From Tubulanus polymorphus (Eukaryota; Animalia; Nemertea): a DNA stretch of 64,000 bases. How positions within the stretch are numbered: the first letter of the stretch is position 1; the number at the start of each line of letters is the position of its first letter. This document shows positions 1 to 11,300 of the stretch, piece after piece. The notes below the pieces were generated by a model. That model saw only the letters and a list, made by a program, of their open reading frames with translations, had not been told where the DNA came from and made no database searches. The stretch spans positions 10,292,001 through 10,356,000 of the forward strand of contig NC_134028.1 of NCBI RefSeq assembly GCF_964204645.1. The letters are read 5' to 3'. The position numbers and the translations under genes are program-made.

Positions 1-444
1 CATTACTTATTTTATAAAACTTAGAAAAATTAATATTATTATTCAATTCTTTAAAATATTTTGAACCTGGTAAAGGACATTCTAATTCATCTAATATTAA
101 TTTTATCTGAAAATAAGTATGAAATCTAAACAGTGATAACATCAATGGTAAACTTGGTTTGTTTATATGATCATTCCAACTTATTCCACATCCTGTTGTC
201 GCGCAATACACAGCAAAATTAAATTGGTTCCGCCAAAACTTCATATTAGATTTTAATAACCATTGTTTTGCCTCATTTGAATTTTTAAAATTAATTGTAT
301 ACACATGAAATATATTTTCCATCTTTACATGAAAATTATTACTTTCAGTAACATAAATATATATATTTATTATATAACTATTGCTGGAATATTATATTTA
401 ATTGATTTATTATATTGGAAAGCTTTTGGAAAACTATCTACCAT
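1..444 (-). pseudogene. Conserved Polinton protein (NQLNFAVYCATTGCG family), N-terminal part
   Basis: Nucleotide similarity to 31529-32836 and 54870-56284; start codon in TAAATG context at 444. Confidence 0.75.
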
Positions 445-460
445 TTATATGATAAAAAAA

Positions 461-894
461 TTAATAATTTATTAATTCTTTTAATAATTTATCTTGTTCT
501 TCAACTGTTATATGACCATTTAAACTTATTATATAATCTAGTGTATTTTTCATTTATTAATTTCTTTTATATTAGTTTTAATTTTTTCTTTATTACTTTT
601 TATATTTAATTTTGAACTTATACCAGTTAAAACACTTGATGATAATCCTAATACACCAATTGATATAGCTAAAGGTGTTAATGGACTGAATATTGCTAGA
701 AATGTTATTACAGAACTAATTGTAACCGAACCACTTATTATCAAATAATATATAATTTTAGATTTTAAATATTTTTTCTTTTTAACTTTTAAATCATTTT
801 CAAATTCTAATATTTGTTTTTCTGAATATTTTTTTAATTTAGTTTTATTTATATCATGAGGAATAATATCAATATTATCAACTTTATCATCCAT
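461..894 (-). pseudogene. Two-TM membrane protein (frameshifted)
   Basis: Near-identical to intact 32853-33287; two hydrophobic segments. Confidence 0.75.
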
Positions 895-910
895 TAATTG
901 AGAAAAAAAA

Positions 911-1336
911 TTACTTATTAGTAAATTTATATGCTACAAATATAACAATAACTGTTCCACCTAAAATCCATATTATTTCATATTTCTGTTGTTCTTTACT
1001 CGGGGTAAAATAATCTGATAATTTAGGTTTGTATAGATGTAATTTTTCTTTATTGGTTACCGCGTTATATAAACTCATTGCATCATCAACTGATTGAAAA
1101 TCTCTATGTGAAATCTTCTGATCATATAATTCCTTGTGAATATTATCCATATAGTTTTGCCTCTTTTCTCTATATTCTTCTGCAGCTTTATTGTATTTCT
1201 CTAATGCTAAGTTATGCCTTTTTTGTTCTATTAATGATCCATTTTTATCAATATGCTTAAATAAATAACCACCACCAGTAAATGCTAAAGCGTTAACAAT
1301 TGCCGATCCTATAATAGTTATAACTGCAAAAGCCAT
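911..1336 (-). CDS. Conserved small virion/membrane-type protein (IVNALAFTGGGYLF...KRHNLA), function unknown
   Basis: Intact 141-aa ORF with homologues at 33304-33720 and 56760-57182; hydrophobic N- and C-termini. Confidence 0.75.
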   Translation of the reverse strand: MAFAVITIIGSAIVNALAFTGGGYLFKHIDKNGSLIEQKRHNLALEKYNKAAEEYREKRQNYMDNIHKELYDQKISHRDFQSVDDAMSLYNAVTNKEKLHLYKPKLSDYFTPSKEQQKYEIIWILGGTVIVIFVAYKFTNK

Positions 1337-1360
1337 TTATTTAGTAGAATAATTATGCAT

Positions 1361-1810
1361 TTATATAGGAGGAATATATTTTAGTTTTTCCAAATAGCAA
1401 TAGTTAAATTAGATAAAGAAACTGCTAATGTTAATTTTAAGATATCATTTATATTAAATCTATCAACATTAACACTTCCCATTTTAAATACTTTTTTTAA
1501 TACCATTGAATAACCAACAGTTCCAACTGATAGTAATGCTCCATTATATATCTTCAAAATATTTAGTTATCTTATTTATGATTAATTCAACATTTATTTC
1601 ATTACTAGTTTCATTTGTATATATTTCAATTATTATTTTTTTAATATCATCGATGATAAAATCTTCATCTAATTCATAAAATCGTAAAGATTCTCTAATT
1701 AAATTAGTAATCTTTTCTACATTTAAAGTTTCTTTATCTATTGTTGTTTCGTACTCAAATGTTGTTTTATTAGAAAATGCAATATTTTTAATATTTGTAA
1801 TTACATCATT
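1361..1810 (-). pseudogene. Deleted remnants of the 73-aa hydrophobic gene and the MNITVGP gene
   Basis: Matches 57207-57770. The N-terminal part of the MNITVGP gene continues at 6175-6249, beyond the HINE insertion. Confidence 0.65.
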
Positions 1811-2412
1811 AGGGTTTTCTGTTTCTTCACAGAAAACCCTATTGAAATTAGCGTGATTATTATTTTATTATTATTTTTTTCCCTTTTCCACGTAGTTTTT
1901 GTTAAAAGTGTAAAGGCTTCCTTACCTTACCGCTGTCGCCGATACAATCCGTATGATGTCCTTCAGCTCACTTCAATCTCCAGATACTGCATGGGAATTT
2001 TGATAAATCCACGTTATAAAGGCACTGTCGAGCCGTAAACATCGGAAATTTGGCTCCGTTCAATTAGTAGCCACGTTGTGTTTTCTTACCGATATTTCTC
2101 TCCTCTTTTCGAGGAAGAGCTATCGAATAATTCCCTCTCTTCTCCACAATCAATTTCAAAGTCAATTTTATGAATTTATTGCTCAGCGGGTCCGAGTCCA
2201 AGAGTTTACGAGTCCGGCGTTCGCGTGTCTGACAGGTTTACGGGCATTTGTTTGTTACCTCTTTAATATTTCTGATTTCTTGTTATTCCGGTTACTTTAT
2301 TTAAGTATATTGCAGATCAGTTCATGTAACCAAAAGCGTCAATAAACACACTTTGAATTGATCGAGTTTAAATCAAGGTCGTTGAGTCGAGGAAGGCAAC
2401 TAGAATTACGTT

Positions 2413-3391
2413 GGCATCAGACCACAATTAGGTTAGTAGCTCGAAGATGCGTAGGGCCGGACCCCAAAAATAGTACCTAGAGTGAAGAAGAGGTCCCCTA
2501 TAAATGTTGCCATAATTTCTGCAAATGGGATAGGTAACGAATTTCGGTAATATGTATTAAATCCATTGATCCTGAGAGACAGCTTGATGATGAAATAAGG
2601 GATTCCCTGGACTTTTTTTGCTTGGAGTAAGGGTACCAAACACGGTGGGGGATTCCCTTAGATATTTGGCTCGGATGTACTGGCATACCTGTACTGGGAT
2701 ACCCCTCCTTTCTAAAGGTTTGATTATTTCAAAAGTTAGGTTGGGTATGTGGGGCGAAAACCACTTCAATGCGTAGCTAAGATGCTGGCCTATGAGCCAT
2801 AAGCAGGATTTCCCCTGAATTTACGCGCTTATATATGAACTAAACTCTCGAATTTCTTGTTTTTACTATAGGATATAGAAGATTTTGGAATAGTGGTCTG
2901 AGCTCCGTTGGCATCAGACCACAATTAGGTTAGTAGCTCGAAGATGCGTAGGGCCGGACCCCAAAAATAGTACCTAGAGTGAAGAAGAGGTCCCCCATTA
3001 ATGTTGCCATAATTTCTGCAAATGGGATAGGTAACGAATTTCGGTTATATGTATGAAATCCATTGATCCTGAGAGACAGATCGATGATGAAATAAGGGAT
3101 TCCCTGGACTTTTTTGCTTGGAGTAAGGGTACCAAACACGGTGGGGGATTCCCTTAGATATTTGGCTCGGATGTACTGGCATACCTGTACTGGGATACCC
3201 CTCCTTTCTAAAGGTTTGATTATTTCAAAAGTTAGGTTGGGTACGTGGGGCGAAAACCACTTCAATGCGTAGCTAAGATGCTGGCCTATGAGCCATAAGC
3301 AGGATTTCCCCTGAATTTACGCGCTTATATATGAACTAAACTCTCGAATTTCTATAGGATATAGAAGATTTTGGAATAGTGGTCTGAGCTC
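2413..3391. mobile_element. Tandem dimer of a ~490-bp non-autonomous element with 4-bp TSD
   Basis: Units 2413-2905 and 2910-3391, each GGCATCAGACC...GGTCTGAGCTC. CGTT lies at the left, middle and right junctions. Confidence 0.75.
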
Positions 3392-3626
3392 CGTTCGTCT
3401 TCGTCTCAGAGAGAGAAAACAAACGATTATCGATAGCCTACAACGGTACACACAGTTGACAAACAGTGTTAGGCCTGTGCCGGTTGGTGCGTACTGGGAC
3501 TAAATATACTGGTTGGTCAGTTGGTTCGGTTGTGAAGTGTGGAAGCTAAGATTATAAGAAAGCCTACCGGTATTTATTTGTTTATAGGCCTATTATATAG
3601 AAGCCAATACCATTTTAAGTACGAAA

Positions 3627-3949
3627 TTGTAACGCGTACGTGACTGTACGGTGATATCCACAGGTTAACCGTACGTGAGTTCCCTAAAAACGCTGTACGT
3701 GAGTTCCTATAATCTGCAAACGCGCATGCGTAAAAGAATAGAGTTTGGGTTAGGTGAGGCTAGGCTATTTGTAAATCAAATTTCATCCACCCACCAGTTA
3801 CGTTCTGTGGCACAGTGGGTAAATCACTGGACTACTACTGGATTTTTTTTTCGTTTGGTTTCGAATCCCAATATTGCAAGTCTGAGCGTCAACGTACTCA
3901 CATATGGCTAACCTGTAGAAATCACCGTACAGTCACGTACAGGTAACAA
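3627..3949. mobile_element. MITE with ~50-bp imperfect TIRs
   Basis: GTACGTGACTGTACGGTGAT... at left and ...ATCACCGTACAGTCACGTAC at right. Confidence 0.7.
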
Positions 3950-5000
3950 CAGCGTTTTAAGTATTAAGTGAGTACGACAAGCCTACCATGCCTATGTACT
4001 ACAAACACAACTTTTTCCCTCTCGTCGGCCCTACAGTGATGTTACTATAACTGGTGCCATTATAATATGGATAGGATTTGGTCAGGACTAGCCTAAAGTC
4101 TAATTCAGTCTATGTACTAATTCACTCGATAGGCCTATTTTTAAAACAATACAGCGAAATATTCACACGCAGAAAGGCTAATTGATTTGAGCCATGTGAT
4201 TAAGTTTGGCCAGGCCTTCTCTGACCTGCTGACATTAATAGTCAAACCAAAACGTTCATGTGGTCACGGCTTGTATTACCAGAAATCATTGTAGACCTGT
4301 ACATTTTGCTGTTCGTAGGTTTGGTATACCGATTTCTCCATTCTTGACTGATAAGTGTACGGTACAGCTGTACGCATTATATGATTGTTCAAATGGGAAT
4401 AGGGCCTATTGATTAGGCTTATTATTTCCTGCTTTAGAGTACTGAAATAAACCTAATGTTCATTCAAATATCCGACATCGGTGAAAGTTTGATTAATACT
4501 GTATACATGTACTGTAGGTTTTCATGTTGTATGAATATTTTGCAGTTCAAATGGGTATGATGCTGATTCCAATGTCAAATGCATGAAGTTAGATGGTCAA
4601 GGACAGTCAACACCATATATCTCTCTTCGACCGATGTTGTACCATAGAAGATCTGATTCTTTCAACTCAAGGAAAGTGATTCAACACGATCGACATAACA
4701 CTGGAATAGGTTTGCAGTAACTAACCGTTCATTTCATTTAGTCCTATGTACTTTTTAGCCAATTTGGATTTGATTGTAATTGAAACTCTGGAACTGTTAA
4801 CAAAAGACAAGTAAGACAAGTTGAAAAAACACAAGTTATGCTTGATTCTCATGTTCAAATTTAATTCAAATTTATTTTATTACATCATATTTACAAAGCA
4901 TATCATTGGTTCATACAGTAATAAAAATTAGGGCAGAACAAATATTATTACAGAAACTCCAAAAAGGCAATGAATTTCTATGACTAAATGAACATTATTT

Positions 5001-5562
5001 TTAGCCCACTTGGGACTTTAGTCCCAGCGGGCTATTGCGTTCACTTTTCGTCTGTCGTCCATCCGTCCGTAGACGGAAATCAGTTATTTTAGGAAGTTTT
5101 GAAGACGCTTCAACGTAATGTCTTGATATTTGGGTTTCACATGTATCTACCCTAGACACATCTTCAGCTCAAAAACTGGCCCTGTCAGAATCAAGATGGC
5201 CGACTGGCAGCCATTGTTGTTCGCCAAAATCAACACTTTTTACACATTTTTGAACTTTTTGAGGGAAATTTTGAAGATGCTTTGATCAATTACCTTGATC
5301 TTTCGGATATATGTGAATGCCCCCTGGGCCCATCAGCATAACAAAAATTGGGATACGGACTCAAGATGGCCGTCCTATGACCTTTTTTAGTGCCCAAAAA
5401 TGTCAATTTTGGCCCGAATTCTGAGTTTGCCATTTCTCATTGCAATTTGTGATGGGTATTCTTTGAAAAGGGATGTTTTATACCTTTGATACCTGAATTG
5501 TTAGATTGTTGAGCATTTGGAACCACTTCCCAAGTGGGCATGGTGTCCCTGGACCCCTAGTT
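5001..5562 (+). mobile_element. HINE/DINE-1-like non-autonomous Helentron
   Basis: 5' AGCCCACTTGGGA...TCCCAGCGGGCT inverted repeat, GTCC/GTCT microsatellite, 3' CCCAAGTGGGC, short hairpin and CTAGTT; T-run insertion site. Confidence 0.75.
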
Positions 5563-6265
5563 CTAATAACTCAGATCAAGAGTGACTCTCCCTTTTATTA
5601 GGAACTAGTGATTACACGCAACTAGTGGAATAGGTTTGATTTACACACATTTTGCAGGTATCAATTGTTTATCACTGTAGAATTTGTAATCCATAAAAGC
5701 CAAAATCAACATCAGCCGGAAACCCAGACCAAATCAATTCATAATTTATTGATTGAATCTACATTACAATATATGTATTTATTCAAATATTTCAATAAAA
5801 ACATTAACTTCTTAAATCTATTCTATATCATAATACGTTCTTATCTGTGAATTCACTCAATCTATCGGCTCAGCAGGTGCTTAAGATGAGTTCTTAATAG
5901 GACAGATCCATTTTTAAGGATGGTGATAATACAGTATTATGATGTTTGAATGTCAAAACAAGTGCCTGGTCAAATATATTAATATTTGTGATTGTACGTC
6001 CACGTATGTTCGGTTTCAAAGCTGAATCATATTTGACGTTTACACAGTGGTTGCATATTAGGTTCGAATCTGTCAATGTATTTAATTCTATGTATCGATA
6101 TTTTAATAATACAATTCCCATCATTCTGAATGGCTTTACAGAAAACCCGTCATCCCTGCTTTGCAGCTATATTTAATGTTAAATTTCATTTCTTTCTCAC
6201 GTTTAAAATCAAATCCAAAACATATACTCGGTCCAACAGTTATATTCATTTATAAAATGAAAAAA

Positions 6266-6995
6266 TTACTCTTTACATCTTATAACTAATTCATAAATAA
6301 CGGGAAAGTTATTTAAATCAATTAAATAACCATTATGATTTCTTATTTCTAATTTGAAATTATTGAAATGTGGAATACAAGGTTTAAAATCACATTCAGT
6401 TAAATTATAATTTATTTGCGTTCCAAATTGTTTAACATCTACAAATGTTTTTGTAGGATGAATTAAATTGCAATCAATATAAAAATGTGTAAAAGGTATT
6501 AAATTTGATCTACCGTATGTGTTTCCGAAAATAATTTTATCTGGAGGAATTCCTAACAGTTTAGCAAAAGGTTTTTTTACCATGGAAGCATGTTTTCTTA
6601 TCATCAATAAAACATTATCAATACTTTCATCATCAATCTTTACTTTAATTTTATTAGAGCTCTCACTTTTTATGAATTTAATATTAAATTTAGAATCACT
6701 ACCTAATATAATCCGAGCTTTTCTATTAATTTCTTGCGCTAATGTTTCTAAATTATATAATCCTGGTGTAAGCATAAGATGATTCCATTTACGAGTAATT
6801 TTATCAAAAATAAAAAAGGTTCTATGTTCATCAGTTTCATCTGATACATTATAAAAAGAATTTCATAAACTTATATTTACTAATTTTAAATCAACACAAT
6901 TCTTAAATTCTCTATTGTATTAGTAAATTATGTGATTTATAATTTGTAAGTTTTCTAGAATCAACAAATATTCTGTATTCTTTTAATTCTACCAT
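6266..6995 (-). pseudogene. Minor capsid (penton-like) protein
   Basis: Frameshifted homologue of 34330-35091; PGxY, LLG, YIxCNLI and IDLNxxPV pattern. Confidence 0.7.
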
Positions 6996-7064
6996 TTATT
7001 TATAACATAAAAAAATTACCGCTGATCACTAAAAATTAATTCTAATAAAATTTTTCCTAAATAA

Positions 7065-8116
7065 ATGGACGAGAAGATACCATGCGAAATTTGTGGTGAA
7101 CTTCTAAGAAAAAGTAATATGGCTCGAAATATGAAAAAACATGATGAAAATGATAAACCCCCTAAAATAAACTGCCCAAAATGTAATAAATTATTCTCAA
7201 GAAATTATGTTAAAAACATTCAGAGAAGTGTAAAATTAATGGCGCAACGGCTAATGTTGATAGTAACGAAAGTAATAGTAATTCTGTTGAAGTTGAACCT
7301 GAAATTATTTGGAAAAGACCATTCTTATTCTATGACAAGGATAATATAAAAGATCATTTCTGCGAGCCTTGTCGAATAAAATATAGCCCTGAAAATATAG
7401 AACCTTGGGAGAATCATCAATTTCGTAAAATACATATAGATAAAATTTCTAATAAATTTGAAGCAGAATTCAATGAAAGAAAAAATAAAATATTAGAAAA
7501 AATGAAATATGAGAAAACGTTACCAGATAATAAAGAAACAGTTGAAAAGTTAGAAAAACAATATAATGAATTAACAAGAAAAACATATTATTGTAAATAT
7601 TGTAAATTGATTATTACAACAAGTAATTCAAATCTACATAATAGAACAATAAAACATAAAGAAAACGTAAGAAAATACAAAGAGCTTAATGAAAATCTAT
7701 TACCAATAAATTATAAACAAAAATGCCCACAATGTAGTTATGCGACCTTAAGACAAGAAGGTACTGTGTTATTTTGTAATGAATGTGGATGGCAAAGGAA
7801 TTTATGGGGTGAAGAAAAAACTAGAGATTTTCTCATAGAACCAAAATTAAATTATATAGATGAAATTTTTATAATATTTTCTATAGAAGATCATACACCA
7901 GAATATATGCAATGGCTTGAAAAAATGAAAATAATAGAAAATAAAAATGGTGAAATAACTAAAAAAGATATTATAAAAACAATTATTCCGTCAACATTTA
8001 ACACAAAACAAAAGAAAATGTATTTATATTTATTATTTAACGATTATTATGAAAAACCTAAATTAACAGGAGAAGATATGGAAAATATTAAAAAAAAACA
8101 TTCAAACAAATATTAA
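7065..8116 (+). pseudogene. Multi-zinc-finger accessory protein (probably one frameshifted gene)
   Basis: CEIC, CPKC, CEPC and CKYC..H..H fingers plus a CPQC-x13-CNECG ribbon across ORFs 7065-7349 and 7502-8116; TAAATG start. Confidence 0.55.
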
Positions 8117-8390
8117 TGTATCATTTGGAAAATAGAATGACAGATTCAATTAATTATGAATTCTTTTTAAATAAGATTGTAAATTATTTAAACATCGATA
8201 TTATAATTCCATTTGATGAATAAACAAACAAAAAGAAACAAAGAGAGCGAGATGAAATGTAGCACAATATAACACGTTATTTAAATGAGAAAAATGAAAT
8301 GGAAGAATCTAAACAAATTATACAAGAACAATTAAATGAAAAAGAAGAAACCAATAGTGATTTCGAGTTTGATGATATTGATTTTATAAT

Positions 8391-11300
8391 TTAATAACCA
8401 TAAGGTAATGTTTTTATACCATCATCTAAAATATGCCTTTTATCATCAAATGGATTCAAACTAGTTTTTTCAACTTCATCAATGTACATCTCGTGATCTT
8501 CTGATCTTAAACAATTCATTTTGTGTTTCATTACAATAATGTTATATAAACACTTTATATAATCTTGAAATTCTATATGTTTATCAACCACATGTTTTGT
8601 TATACCTTTTAACTTTTTAGCTCCATGATCTTTTGTTCTATAACTATACATTTTACTTCTTATCCCAACAAATTCAATCATTTCATCACCCCCTAATTCA
8701 TCTTTAAATTTACCAGGAATCTTTTTATTATCATTGCTAAATAGTTCATGATCTTTGGGATAATTGCTAAAATCAAAATGATGTTTTAATGTTTTTAAGT
8801 CTTTTGTTATGTCATTTGTCTTGATTTTTAGTATGTAGGCGTCCGTGATTTTTGGCTATTAATGGAAATCCACAGATGAATGTGCCATCTTCAGTTGATA
8901 AATTGCATGAATATAGAATTCATCATTATATTTAATTGCAAAATCTTTAGGGTTATTCACGAGTATTCTATAAACTGCTCACGATTTCATATGATCCACG
9001 ATTCTAAATGTTTTATGTGAATAAACTTCTTCACAGAATTTCTTAATTCCTTCTAATAATTTCAAGTCTTGATTGCATAAATACCAACAATATTGAGTGC
9101 GATTAACATATTTATACACACCTGCTGAACCATCGCCCATGAAAAATCCTTTGATAAAATATTCTTTTTCTTCTAATGTTTCAGGTTCTATATTATAAAT
9201 ATTATCAATAATTTCGTCGAATGACATATGATTCATTCTTTGGAAAAATCTTTTATGTAATGATTCATCTCCAATTTTTATATCAGTTGGTTTTATTTCA
9301 TCGCCATTTCGTTTAATTAAACTATGATCTTCTGTAACATCTACAAACCCTAATTTAGTTCTAACTCTATAGATTTTCTTATTTGTTTTATGCCTAATAA
9401 TATTCTTTAATTTTTTCCATCCATTTCTTGTCCAAACTACCATTAAACCATTTATTTGTATTAATTCTTTTTCACCATATGAAATATAAAGTTCATTTTG
9501 TTTTGGAATTATTTCTGAAATTCTTCTTATCACTATTTTATCATTACATTTTAATAATATTGGGGTGTCAGCTGTTACAGAATCAAAATATAATATTTCA
9601 ATATGCTTTTTCCCAAAAAGTGGTTGTAAAAAATTATAATAAAAACCATACATTAATAATTTTGATACTTCTAAAACAGTTGAACCAATGAATATAGGTT
9701 TATTAAATTTCATTGACGTTCTTTTTAATTTAACTGCTGTTAAATAATCTTCAAATCTTTTATTTCCTAAATGTCTAGGACTTGATTGAAAATGTCTTAA
9801 TCTTTCAGAATTATTTACTAATTCAATATCATTTCTATTTCTAATATTTTCACATTTTTTACCATAAAAACTATGATTCATTAATTTAAAGAAATCTTTT
9901 TCAAAATCTGTTTTTGATATGGTTCTCTGTTGAGTATTAACATCTATATATTTTTCTAACCACTTCGATTGATTAAATTCAATATATCTATGTACTTTCT
10001 TTAATTTCATTCCTTGTTTTAGATAAAATTTTAACATTCTATAATGAACAATATAATTGTATTTATTATTTTGAGTAAGTATTAATTTTTCTGTAAAAAC
10101 ATGATCTTTCGGTTTTATTTTCTTCTGGTATTCACTTAAATAACTATCATCTACAGTTAAATGTTCTCGGCAATAAGGTAAGTTTCTTGTTTTAAACTTT
10201 ATATTTTCAGGATATTCTAAATCAACTGCAAAGAAATAACCAATTGGTGCTTCATCTTTTAAACTCGCAATTGCGCTTTCCCAATCAGTTTTATCACCAT
10301 TTTCAACTTCTGTTAATATAAAATGTTTAAATGGTTGAGGTTGCATCATTGCCCAGCCATATAAATTATTGGCGTCAATATATAATAATTTATATTCATC
10401 ATTTGCTTTAAAATATCTATCTCCCATATCACCACTAATTCCACCTCTAATTGATTTTTCAAATAATAAAACCATTTCTGGTTCTTTTAATAAATTTAAT
10501 TCTACATTTGTGTATTTTAAACCACACTGCCAGGTTAAACCAGGACTTGAATAACAATAACAAGGGTCAACATTAAAATGGTTTAGATTAACTTCTCTAA
10601 ACTTTTCAAATATATCTGCCAATATCATAACATCTGATTTTAAATATAAATCAACTAATTCACCATGATTTTTCATATTAAAATGGTTCCAAATATTTAA
10701 TGTTCTATTAAACACTTCATCTTTCACATACTCCTCTTTTAATTGATCATAAAATTGATCTTTTAATAATTCTGTTACATTAAAATCATTGTGTGTTTTA
10801 TAAAATGAATAAGGAATTGCGCCTTTATATCTCAATAATTTAAAATCTTGTTCATTTGGATAATAATATGGAGTTATTATAAAATCATTATCAACTAAAC
10901 TTTTTGATAAATTATCTAATGAACTTGCCAGAAATCTATAAGAATCTAAAAATCTAATGTAACCAAATTGAAATGAAATATAATTTTCGGATGTTTAAGC
11001 TAATAGTTTAAAATCATATTTTCTTACATTTACGTCATGCATTATATTCTTTTATTTCTTGATTAATTGTACCCAATTTCCCTGATAATTGTTTTATAAA
11101 TAGATGGGTATCATAGCCTGATAAATTATGAAATAATATTGGAACGAAATTTACTTTTTTAGCTTGTAAATTAAAATCTTCATGAGCAGCTCCACGATAT
11201 TTTGAATTTAAATGATCATGATCTCTAACTTTTTTATCAAATGCATAAAAACGTTTTTCACAATAACAACAATGAGTTGCATAATTAAAATCAATTTCAT

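Larger units (their letters stand above)
1811..6174 (+). mobile_element. Non-autonomous Helentron-type element (HINE/DINE-like), inflated by nested inserts
   Basis: 5' inverted repeat AGGGTTTTCTG...CAGAAAACCCT followed by an (ATT)n tract; 3' subterminal CAGAAAACCC, hairpin CTGC-TTT-GCAG and CTATATTT. The flanks rejoin as TCATT|AATGTT, the uninterrupted sequence seen near 57690-57700. Confidence 0.7.

Noticed and set aside
2433-3265. Duplicated ORFs of 62-111 aa in the tandem unit
   Set aside because: Frames differ between the two copies and no domain motif was recognised, so they are treated as non-coding.
8979-8981. In-frame TGA/TAG stops (here and 23938) as possible recoding or an alternative genetic code
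   Set aside because: Stops are sporadic, differ between copies and are accompanied by many frameshifts, which indicates ordinary pseudogenisation (or sequencing error).
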